In this document: piece after piece, positions 48,807 through 57,927 of the stretch
How the letters are laid out: each line of letters opens with the position of its first letter
How positions within the stretch are numbered: position 1 is the stretch's first letter
DNA from: Candidatus Poribacteria bacterium
GTDB taxonomy: Bacteria; Poribacteria; WGA-4E; WGA-3G
Reading direction: 5' to 3'
Assembly (NCBI GenBank): GCA_963665235.2
Contig: CAXXLX010000002.1
Location: forward strand, 608,001-672,000
DNA: 64,000 bases
Notes under the pieces: generated by a model
Told to the model about the DNA's origin: nothing
Seen by the model: the letters and a program-made list of their open reading frames with translations, nothing else
The model's database searches: none
Program-made: the position numbers and the translations under genes

Positions 48807-49913
48807 ATGTCCGAAAAAATGGATAAATTCTCACAGGTTGCCCTATTTCATGCACCGAACACCCCCTTTGAAATATGCGATGTCCCTGTGACACCTACCG
48901 AAAACAGTGCCCTTGTGCGCGTTAACTTAGCCACTATCTGCGGTTCCGATTTGCACACCGTATCAGGGCGGCGCAGTGTGGAGGTCCCGTGTATCCTCGG
49001 ACATGAAGTTGTCGGCACCGTCGCTGCACCTACACAGCTCCGTACAGTCGACGGCAAACCGCTGAAGGAGGGGGACAGAATCACATGGAGCCTTGCGGCG
49101 TCCTGCGGAACGTGCTACTTTTGTGTCAACAAAAATCTTCCGCAAAAATGTGAAACCTTGTTCAAATATGGTCACGCGCGGCATATCGATACCGGTGCTT
49201 TGTCCGGCGGGCTCGCCACACACATCTGGATACGCCCCGGAACAGCTATCTATCACATACCGGAAATCCTTAAAGATACGGAGGTTGTGCCTATCAACTG
49301 CGCGCTGGCAACTGTGCTAAACGGGTTAGCGGTTATCGGCGTATCGCCTGGAGACACGGCTGTCATCCACGGTGCTGGCATGTTGGGCATCTACGCCACC
49401 TGCTATCTGCGCGAGCAGGGGTACGATATCGTTGCAGTCGTTGATAAGAAGGTCGACCGTTTACGAATTGCTGAGCGTTTTGGCGCGACGCATACCTTCA
49501 CTCCAGATACCACCGCCACACCAGACATCAAGGCAGCCTTACAACAACTCACGAAGGGACGCGGCGTTGACCTCGCCGTTGAAGTCAGCGGGGCACTCAC
49601 CGCATTGGCCGATTTGATAGAGTGGCTGGCAATTGGCGGAAAATGTTTAACGCTCGGTTACGTCTATCCGCACGCCACGCTATCCGTGGATGCACATCAA
49701 CTTGTCACAAAATGTGTGACACTACGGGGGGTTCACAATTATCATCCTACTGCACTTGGCGACTCGCTCCGTTTCATAGAGGCACATCGGACGCGCTATC
49801 CGTTTGCCGAACTCATCGGCGAGACCTATCCACTAACCGAAATTGATACTGCCTTTGCACATGCGTTGCGTCAAGATGCTATCCGCATCGCAATAGAGCC
49901 CATGCGTTCGTAA
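48807..49913 (+). CDS. Zinc-dependent alcohol dehydrogenase (HpnZ-like)
   Basis: CGSDLHT..GRR, GHE, C..C..C...C, NCALAT, GAGMLG, GVHNYHP. Confidence 0.9.
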   Translation: MSEKMDKFSQVALFHAPNTPFEICDVPVTPTENSALVRVNLATICGSDLHTVSGRRSVEVPCILGHEVVGTVAAPTQLRTVDGKPLKEGDRITWSLAASCGTCYFCVNKNLPQKCETLFKYGHARHIDTGALSGGLATHIWIRPGTAIYHIPEILKDTEVVPINCALATVLNGLAVIGVSPGDTAVIHGAGMLGIYATCYLREQGYDIVAVVDKKVDRLRIAERFGATHTFTPDTTATPDIKAALQQLTKGRGVDLAVEVSGALTALADLIEWLAIGGKCLTLGYVYPHATLSVDAHQLVTKCVTLRGVHNYHPTALGDSLRFIEAHRTRYPFAELIGETYPLTEIDTAFAHALRQDAIRIAIEPMRS

Positions 49914-49928
49914 GGCAATACATACCTC

Positions 49929-50002
49929 TTCTGTAGGAGCGTGCTTCGCACGCGATACATTATATCGCAACTCCTCTGTAGGAGCGTGCTCCGCACGCGA
50001 TA
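49929..50002. repeat. Tandem GTAG-type REPs
   Basis: CTGTAGGAGCGTGCT(T/C)CGCACGCGATA twice. Confidence 0.75.
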
Positions 50003-50100
50003 TTGAGCAGCAGGGAACTGTTGGTTTCCCAATTAGAGGAGCGGCCGGTTTGCCCAAATACTGGCCAAATCCGCCCGCTCCTCAAATAACTGTTTCACTG

Positions 50101-51843
50101 TCATTTTTCATAGGGCTGATATTCCATCAAGACCGACCGCCCCACGATTGCAACGATACGCACCAGCAATGCCTTACCTCCAGCATCCGTGAGACGTAAA
50201 TCCTCACCGGGGATGCAGTGAACCGGCTCCGATTGTCCCCTATTTATGTCAATATTGGAGGCGTAGAGCGAGGTCCGTTCGTAAGCATCAAAAACAAAGT
50301 TCAGTTTTCCTGATAAGCCTGGTAGGTTTCCGGCTCCTTCGGGGAAGAATACCGAACTCCTCGCTGTCAGTCTTTTCATTTCAATTTCTAGTTTTCCGTT
50401 TGCTGGCACCCAGCCTTGTTCCAAATGTGCTGCGAAACCCGATGCAGCGGCAAACACTGTCATTGGAAGGTGTGTTGTATGCAGATTAACGAATGCCTCG
50501 CCATTTTCATCAGTTGTTGCCTGGTGCCAGGTATTGTTTGGAAACAGGAGCAGCAGTGCTATGCCTGACACAGCTTGACCTCCGTGTCGGCATAAGATAA
50601 CAGCTGTCGACGGTGTCGCATCCGTCACAGCTGCTGGAATTGTGAGAACGAGCTCCGAATCATCTATCAGTTCATATCGGGGAGATTTCCCGGTTAACGC
50701 CTCCGTTTCTCGAAATATCGTTGGCACCCCATCGCCACGTCTTTCCATGAAGAACTGCCGCTCACCCGCCCCACGAATATCTCCTACGGAGATTCTTCCG
50801 AGTATTGAGGCGAGTGTTTCGTTTCGTGTTGATTGCCGAGCAGTCATACTGTCAATTGTTAAATTGTTAGGTAAACCGCCCGGGGAATTTATTTCGATGC
50901 GGTCTACAAACATTGATATCCGTATTCGGCTGCCGCGAATTGCATAGTCCCGATGTGCAACTGCGTTGACAATTGCTTCAAACAGTGCTTTTTCGCTATA
51001 TTGGGGCAGGTCGGTGCGTGCGGGATTTTTGTATGCGCCGACGCGCATGTTGCGGACCGCAAAAACAACCGCCTCCGCAACTTGCTGGTCCAGCGGCCCG
51101 GTAATTGTTTGGGCATCTATTTGTCCAGAGGCGCGGTCTGTGCCTCGGTAACAGGTTGCGGAGATGCAGGCGTTCGGCAGCCATTCTTCAGGTGAGCCGG
51201 TGCAAAAGAGAACCCCTGCTACCGTAGCGCGCATCGTTCCGTATTCATCGGTCGCGAGAATACCTATCTTCTCCAAAGCCGATTCAGGCGCAGCGGCACC
51301 CGCTGCACTTAATAGCTGTTTCCAGAGAGAGGGCTCTAATGAACCGAAACCGGTTCTCGGAACCGGCTGTTTGTCAAACCAGAGAAAACGTGCCTGAGCG
51401 CGGCGTTGTGCAAGCCGCAATCGCTCGTCGGTTGTCATGGGACGTTTTGTACTGCCAACCCGGTGAAAACTGCCGCCAGGGCTATCGTGTTGGGCATACC
51501 CTCGCGCGATTTCAACTAGCAGAAAGGGTTTGCCCGCCTCTATTTCCCTACGAACGATAGTAGGCCGAATTGGGGGTTTAATCATATCGGTACACACTTC
51601 GGTCAGGAAGCTCTCTAGAGTGTCCATCTGCTCCCGTGACAGACCTTGTGCTGTACCACTATCTGTCACACCGCATAGTAGCACCCCGCCCTCCGTGTTA
51701 GCAAAGGCGGCAAGTTCATCTGCTAGGTCAGTCCGCCGGGGCCCCTTGAGGACATTCCCTGCGAACACAATTTCCTTGAATTCCCAGTGGCTGTCTTCCC
51801 CCAGGCGCATGTGGCGTTTGATTTCGGCATCACTGAAGTTCAT
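50101..51843 (-). CDS. Schlafen/AlbA_2 domain + HATPase_c_4 domain + C-terminal beta-rich domains
   Basis: GEDSHWEFKE, AAFANTEGG.LLCGVTD; EAIVNAVAHRDY, SPGGL, RN, ERRGDG; C-terminal all-beta region. Confidence 0.85.
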   Translation of the reverse strand: MNFSDAEIKRHMRLGEDSHWEFKEIVFAGNVLKGPRRTDLADELAAFANTEGGVLLCGVTDSGTAQGLSREQMDTLESFLTEVCTDMIKPPIRPTIVRREIEAGKPFLLVEIARGYAQHDSPGGSFHRVGSTKRPMTTDERLRLAQRRAQARFLWFDKQPVPRTGFGSLEPSLWKQLLSAAGAAAPESALEKIGILATDEYGTMRATVAGVLFCTGSPEEWLPNACISATCYRGTDRASGQIDAQTITGPLDQQVAEAVVFAVRNMRVGAYKNPARTDLPQYSEKALFEAIVNAVAHRDYAIRGSRIRISMFVDRIEINSPGGLPNNLTIDSMTARQSTRNETLASILGRISVGDIRGAGERQFFMERRGDGVPTIFRETEALTGKSPRYELIDDSELVLTIPAAVTDATPSTAVILCRHGGQAVSGIALLLLFPNNTWHQATTDENGEAFVNLHTTHLPMTVFAAASGFAAHLEQGWVPANGKLEIEMKRLTARSSVFFPEGAGNLPGLSGKLNFVFDAYERTSLYASNIDINRGQSEPVHCIPGEDLRLTDAGGKALLVRIVAIVGRSVLMEYQPYEK

Positions 51844-51920
51844 GGTTCGTCTCCAAGGCCTCGCGGTTGCAAATTTTTAAATATAAACATAGGACAAAAG
51901 ACATGCTCCCATGTGTATTA

Positions 51921-52423
51921 TACCATTTTTATTAATTATTCTATCATTACCGGTTGTTAGCAATGAAACGGAGAACGGAAGACCCAAACTGGAAGTTTAT
52001 GCTACGATAAAGAGGCACAATCTGGAAGTTTATGCTACGATAAAGGGCACAAACTGGAAGTTTATGCTACGATAAAGAGGCACAATCTGGAAGTTTATGC
52101 TAACGAGTTGTGCTAAATGACTTTTTGTACAACATTATTTCACACAAACAGAACGTTTTGTCCGTGCTTCTCATTGGTTTGGATGCTCTTCAGTCCCAGT
52201 ATTCGGGCAAGCAGCCCGCTCTTTAAGGACGATATCTTTATAGCTAAGCGTTCCACCTTTCTCTTTAGTCCCATAGGGACGATATGTTTGTATGACAACA
52301 TCCAATATCTGTGAGAAAAACAAAAACAACCAGTTAACTGGCACAAGTCATTATGCTACAATAAAGAGGCACAATCTGGAAGATTATGCTACAATAAAGA
52401 GACATTTTCAATTAGAAATGGTA
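51921..52423. mobile_element. MITE family A copy 2 (inverted vs copy 1) with a nested insertion
   Basis: TACCATTTTTATTAATT...AATTAGAAATGGTA; 32-33 bp units interrupted at ~52101-52353. Confidence 0.85.
52101..52353. mobile_element. Nested MITE with imperfect TIRs and REP-like cargo
   Basis: TAACGAGTTGTGCTA / TGGCACAAGTCATTA ends; TATGCTA present on both sides (true TSD 3, 5 or 7 bp depending on boundary). Confidence 0.65.
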
Positions 52424-52474
52424 TTATAACACTTTTCTGTGAAATTGACGATATTAATTCATTTTAGAAAAAGG

Positions 52475-52503
52475 TTGACATTTTTCTAAATTTGTGATAC
52501 ACT
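52475..52503 (+). promoter_or_regulatory. Sigma70 promoter
   Basis: TTGACA-17-TACACT with TGn extension, upstream of the TPR gene. Confidence 0.65.
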
Positions 52504-52569
52504 TTGTAAAATTTATGAACAAACTTTACTTCGGTGACAACTGAATCGCTAACACATTAGGACAACCCG

Positions 52570-53754
52570 ATGCAATATTGGCTAAGAATTCTAATCATCC
52601 TCTGCTTGTGTTGGCCGTTAGCTGGCCCCACTGTCGAAAAACCGGACCATAGTACGTACGTGCAGCACGTCGAGCAGGGATTTAAAATGCTATTTCAGGG
52701 CAACAATAAAGGGGCTATCGCTGCGTTTGAAGCTGCACTCGCTATTGAACCGGAGCATTATGAGATTCTGCACTATGTAGGCATGGTATACGCCTCAGAA
52801 GAATTTGGAAACAAAGCGGTTGCGGCTTACCAACGTTCTTTGGCACTGATGCCCGATAACATTGAGGCACTCTATTCGTTAGGCGTTGTCTATTTCAAAT
52901 TGAAACAGTGGGAAGATGCAGTTGCCCCGCTGCAAAAGGTTATCAAACTTTCCCCGGAGCATGCCCGCGGCCATGAAGCACTCGGGAAGACGTACGTCAA
53001 GCTTCGCCAATATCCAGAGGCGGTTGACATCTTAACGCGCGCTATCACACTAAACCCTAGCGTTGTCGAGAACTATAATCAACTCGGCACCGCATATCTG
53101 AACTTAAAGGCGTACCCGAAAGCGATAGAAAACTTTAAGCAGGCGATAAAGTTGAGCCCGCCACGCTATGCTGAACCGCACTACGGCCTCGGCATGGCGT
53201 ACCTCCGTTCAGGCAATAAGGAGAAAAGCAGAGCTGAAATGCGTATATTTCAGCAGCTGCAAAAGGAATTTGTTGAATATGAACGGCTCGCCCGGCTAAC
53301 GCACACAGAACCGGATAACCTTCAAGGTTGGACAGACTTAGCGAAGTTGCTGATGCATCAAAAGGATTACGGAGAAGCGATTCAGACACTGCAAAAGTGC
53401 ATCGCGCTCGGACAACAGCAAAACGCCTCTAAAAACAACATGTCAAACTTTTATCACGGGATGAGCCAAGCGTTTATCAACCTCAATTATCCGAAGCACG
53501 CGCAGGAAGCCGCCAGCAAAGCGATTCAACTCACACCGAATCAAGCCGTGCTTTATAACACCCTCGGTAGCACTTATGCCATGCAGGGGGATGTGAGAAA
53601 CGCCATCGGCGCGTTCCAAAAAGCGGTTACATTAGATAATGAGCAACCCTACTATCATCTCAACCTCTCAAAATTATATGAAAGGCTCGGAAACCGCAAA
53701 CTTGCCCAGGAGCACTATCGCGCCTATGAACACTTCCTCTCCAAACAGAAATAA
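52570..53754 (+). CDS. Exported tetratricopeptide repeat protein
   Basis: Signal peptide; many canonical TPRs. Confidence 0.92.
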   Translation: MQYWLRILIILCLCWPLAGPTVEKPDHSTYVQHVEQGFKMLFQGNNKGAIAAFEAALAIEPEHYEILHYVGMVYASEEFGNKAVAAYQRSLALMPDNIEALYSLGVVYFKLKQWEDAVAPLQKVIKLSPEHARGHEALGKTYVKLRQYPEAVDILTRAITLNPSVVENYNQLGTAYLNLKAYPKAIENFKQAIKLSPPRYAEPHYGLGMAYLRSGNKEKSRAEMRIFQQLQKEFVEYERLARLTHTEPDNLQGWTDLAKLLMHQKDYGEAIQTLQKCIALGQQQNASKNNMSNFYHGMSQAFINLNYPKHAQEAASKAIQLTPNQAVLYNTLGSTYAMQGDVRNAIGAFQKAVTLDNEQPYYHLNLSKLYERLGNRKLAQEHYRAYEHFLSKQK

Positions 53755-54589
53755 ATATCCACAGCGATGGATTTTTATCGTTCTGTCACTGCTCTTTTTT
53801 AGCCTTGACATTTCTGCCGAAAAGGAGCAATCGCAAACTGCACGTCCTGATGCTGCCCCGAAGGTGGAAGAACAGCTGATATTGATACCCGCAGGCACCT
53901 TTACGATGGGCAGCAACAAACGCGCTACGGATGAAAAACCGGCGCATAAGGTCTACCTAGAGGCTTACTATATCGGTAAATATGAGGTCACAAACGCAGC
54001 GTATTATGAATTTTGGCGTAGCTTGAAAACCGAGAAACACACCCCGGAGAGCTTCCCGCACCTCTCACATATCGGGGATTGGCCTGCCCGAGCGAAACAA
54101 TTTCCGAATCACCCTGTCGTCGGCGTGTCGTGGCAGGATGCCAAAGCTTACGCTGCGTGGAGAGGCGTACGCCTCCCAACGGAAGCCGAGTGGGAGAAAG
54201 CAGCCCGCGGCTACACCGATAGGATATGGCCCTGGGGCAACGCAAGAGAACGTTATGCTAATACCAGCGCGAAGGATGACGGTTATGAAGACCGCATTGC
54301 ACCCGTGGGCAGCTTTCCGAAAGGAAAAAGCTACTACGGTGTCCTGGATATGGCAGGCAATGTCTGGGAGTGGACTGCCGATTGGTACAGCGATGCCTAC
54401 TACTTCAACAGTCCGAAACGGAACCCGACAGGGCCAGCAGTCGGCAGCTGGCGGGTTATCCGAGGGGGCTCCTGGATTGACACCCTCACCCGGTGTAGCA
54501 CCACATTCCGATTTCATCTCTATCCGACCCTCAAAACCTCCTTCGTTGGGTTCCGCGTGGCAAAAACCGCAGCAAAAGAAAACCCGTAG
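53726..54589 (+). CDS. Formylglycine-generating enzyme (SUMF1/FGE-sulfatase) domain protein
   Basis: IPAGTFTMGS, KYEVTN, RLPTEAEWEKAARG, DMAGNVWEW, RGGSW, GFRV. Confidence 0.92.
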   Translation: MNTSSPNRNKYPQRWIFIVLSLLFFSLDISAEKEQSQTARPDAAPKVEEQLILIPAGTFTMGSNKRATDEKPAHKVYLEAYYIGKYEVTNAAYYEFWRSLKTEKHTPESFPHLSHIGDWPARAKQFPNHPVVGVSWQDAKAYAAWRGVRLPTEAEWEKAARGYTDRIWPWGNARERYANTSAKDDGYEDRIAPVGSFPKGKSYYGVLDMAGNVWEWTADWYSDAYYFNSPKRNPTGPAVGSWRVIRGGSWIDTLTRCSTTFRFHLYPTLKTSFVGFRVAKTAAKENP

Positions 54590-54609
54590 ACCCGATTGAA
54601 CACGCTGAA

Positions 54610-56287
54610 ATGAAGTTTAAGAATTTAATTCCGCCTTGGATTCACCTCACGTTATCCCTCCTATTTATTATCGGCGGTGCCAACGCACAACCCCCGCTCT
54701 TCGTGGATGTCACTGAAGAAGTCGGGTATACACTTCAAGCATAACAACGGTAAAACTGAGCACAAGCACGTCATTGAGACGATGGGCTCTGGGGCTGTCT
54801 TTTTTGATTACGACACGGATGGCGATGTCGACCTCTATTTCGTTAATAGCGGGCCAATTCCGATAAATCCCACCGCCAATCGGGATACCCAAGACGCTGC
54901 TATGAACACCCTATACCGCAATGATGGCGATGGCGGTTTTACAGATGTTACGAACATTTCACGGACCGGGGACACCGGTTACGGCATGGCGGCATCCGCA
55001 GGAGACATAGATAACGATGGCGATGCGGACCTCTATGTCGCCAACTTTGGGCAGGATACGCTTTACCGCAACAACGGCGATGGCACGTTTACCGACATCA
55101 CCGAAGCGGCAGGCATTGATAATCCGCTCTGGGGCATGGCCGCTGTCTATCTCGATTTTGATGTGGATGGCGATTTGGACATCTTCGTTGTGAACTACCT
55201 AATTTACGAGCTATCCATGCCGAAGACAACCTATAAAGGAATTGTCGGCTACGGACACCCGCTGCGTTATGAGGGGACAGCGGACGTGCTGTATCGAAAT
55301 AACGGCAATGGAACGTTTACCGATATCGCCAAGACAGCGGGAGTCATCAATCCAACTGAAGGCCGCGGCATGGCAGCTATCGCTTGTGATTACAACAGCG
55401 ACCGACTCCCTGACCTTTACGTTACCAACGATATGAACCGCAATTTCTTATATCGCAACAACGGAGATGGCACCTTCACTGATGAAAGTCTGTTCCTCGG
55501 TGTGGGATACGATGAAAACGGAATTCCGGAAGGCTCCATGGGGGTGGACTGGGGGGATTATGACCGAGACGGTTATTTTGATCTTATCGTTGCCAATTCT
55601 GAGAAGGCTACGCTCTATAAGTTACAATATCTTGAAGACGATGGTTTCTTCTTTGTCGATGCAACCGCAGCGAGCGGATTGCAACAACCCACGCTACCGT
55701 TTGTCGGGTTTAGTCCACTCTTTCTGGATTACGATAACGATGGGCACCTCGATATTTTCTGTGCAAATGGACATCCACAAGATGTGATTGAACTATTGAC
55801 CGACCAGGAAACCTACGCACAACGTGACCAGCTTTTTCACAACAACGGCGATGGAACATATACAGACGTTTCAGAGGTTGCTGGCCCTTACTTCGCTGAA
55901 GCACTCGTCGGACGGGCAGCCGCAGCCGCTGACTACGACAACGATGGGGATACCGATATCGTCGTTATGAATTCCAATCAACGTGCTGTGCTGCTGCGAA
56001 ACGACATCGGCAACCGGAAAAATTGGATAGGGGTTAAACTTATCGGAACGCGGAGCAACCGAGACGGTATCGGCGCGAAGGTCCAGCTTGTAACAGGTAG
56101 CATTACACAGTCAGCAGAAGTGAAAAGCGGTTCAAGTTATGCCTCTGGAAGCGATGTCCGATTGCTGTTCGGCTTAGGAGACGCACAGCAGGCTGATAGT
56201 CTTACCATCTTATGGCAGCATGGAAGCACACAAAAATTGGGAAAAATCCTCGCGAATCAAATCTTGACAATTACAGAAGCACAGTAG
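54610..56287 (+). pseudogene. CRTAC1 / ASPIC-UnbV FG-GAP protein with a +1 frameshift at ~54725 (or a sequencing error)
   Basis: ATG 54610 gives a signal peptide and FVDVTEEVG; removing one G from GTCGGGTATA joins it to IHFKHNNG; D.D.DGD.D repeats, SNRDGIGAKV, FGLG. Confidence 0.85.
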
Positions 56288-56340
56288 GCATGTCCCGCCT
56301 TTAATTCCAGTATTCGGGCTCACACAAGTATAGGACCAAA

Positions 56341-56384
56341 CAAAAAAGCCCTTATCCGACCGAATGTGGATAAGAGCTTTTTTG
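56341..56384. terminator. Bidirectional intrinsic terminator
   Basis: AAAAAAGCCCTTATCC-loop-GGATAAGAGCTTTTTT between convergent genes. Confidence 0.8.
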
Positions 56385-56401
56385 TTTACGAGCTTCAGTA
56401 A

Positions 56402-57148
56402 TTACTTCCGCTTAATATCTGCCCACCGAGTTGCCAATTTACCTTTCGGCTCTACAGGGGTCAGAATATCAAGGAATCGTCCATCTAGCGTTGGCGCGAT
56501 TTTGAGGTCAGCGTCGCTTTCTTCAAAGCGGAGGTTGAGGTAATCGCCACCGCCCCCTTCGCCGCACTTGAAGTGCAGAAAGTTTTCTCCCTTCACAAGA
56601 TCGACCTCTGTGGGGTGGGTTGCGTTATTAGCACCGCTAGTCCAAGTTGGGTTGTCATAAACCTTCAGACCGTTGAGCCAAATTTCTGCATGGTCATCGT
56701 GTGCTGGGTACATCGTTGTCGTCCTATCATCCGGAGATAGGATAAGAATGATACCGTGCCACGTAACGAAATCTAAGTGACCCGCAACACCGTGGCTTGT
56801 TGATATGTTGTAAGAGTCGTTATTGGTGTTAATCGTTACGACGCGCCAATTGAGTGCCCCGCCGTTATTCGGTGGTAGGATTACAGGAAGGTTTCCTGTC
56901 AGTCCAGCCCCTTCGCGAGTGGAAACGGACGAGTTCGTAATCACGGGTCTTCCCGTGCTTTCGTCCATAGTGCCTTCAGCGAGGTAGTCGTGTTCCGCCG
57001 ATGCGGCGAATCCGCCAGTATTTAGGACCAGATCAAGGCCCCACCATTTCTCAATCCATGTGTCGCCTGCGGGCTGCCAGTCTTGTGCAAAAGCCGTTGG
57101 CGCGAGAGTGATACAAGTGATTGTAAGCAAAATCACTAATTTTTTCAT
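56402..57148 (-). CDS. Secreted PA14/jelly-roll-like protein with C-terminal PVEPKGKLATRWADIK tail
   Basis: MKKLVILL...AFA|QD signal peptide after AAGGAG; HDDHAEIWLNG and GENFLHFKCGEGGGG match the 1070..1750 family. Confidence 0.85.
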   Translation of the reverse strand: MKKLVILLTITCITLAPTAFAQDWQPAGDTWIEKWWGLDLVLNTGGFAASAEHDYLAEGTMDESTGRPVITNSSVSTREGAGLTGNLPVILPPNNGGALNWRVVTINTNNDSYNISTSHGVAGHLDFVTWHGIILILSPDDRTTTMYPAHDDHAEIWLNGLKVYDNPTWTSGANNATHPTEVDLVKGENFLHFKCGEGGGGDYLNLRFEESDADLKIAPTLDGRFLDILTPVEPKGKLATRWADIKRK

Positions 57149-57453
57149 AGCTACGAAATCTCCTTGTTCCGTATAACCCAAGTTCAGAATGTTTGAGTAA
57201 GAAGCGCGCTTCCCAAAAATCCTGTACCGAGTCAAACAAAAATTATATTTTTTACCAAATTTCGGGTCCCTGCAAGTTACGCCGAAATTTATTTTTTCTC
57301 ACGGTGATAGCAGTACTGCATGCAAATCACGCGATACGATGCTGACAGGTATTCGCATATCCACAAGTTAGCGGATATGGAATCTATTCAGCTGTGCGAT
57401 TCCTCACTCCCTCGCGGGGCTAGATATGTTCCCGCAAGAAGCAAGTTAAACAT

Positions 57454-57537
57454 ATTATAGCATTTTTAAGTACTAAAGTGCAAGAAAAAAATTAAATCGC
57501 ACCAAATGAATTATAGCATAAGAAAAAAAAATGTCAA
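57454..57537 (-). promoter_or_regulatory. Two tandem sigma70 promoters
   Basis: TTGACA-16-TATAAT (57537-57510) and TTGCAC-18-TATAAT (57483-57454), both with TGn extension. Confidence 0.7.
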
Positions 57538-57927
57538 GTCTGAATTTTCGTATTCCTATAAAAAGTATGGGTTTTTTTGTGTCTATTTGTGGTTATACTG
57601 TAATGTTTAGAGCCGTGTTCATTCGGTATTACGGGGTTATTGCGAAGTCGGGTTTCCATTTAATCCGTATTTTTAAACCTCACAAAGACCTAAAAAACGC
57701 AGAAAATCGCGAAAATAGTGTCCTGACACAAATTATCAATATATTAGGGCCAGAAGTCAAAAATATTTATTTCCCAGATCCGTAACTGCGGAGTGTAGGT
57801 GATAACTATGTACAAAAACTTTACACACCCGAATATCGAATTTTAACTTGCTAATCTCCGTAAATTGTGGTATCATGTTAACATAATAAAATTAATGTAA
57901 AAAACAAATCGGAGTTATAACATAATT

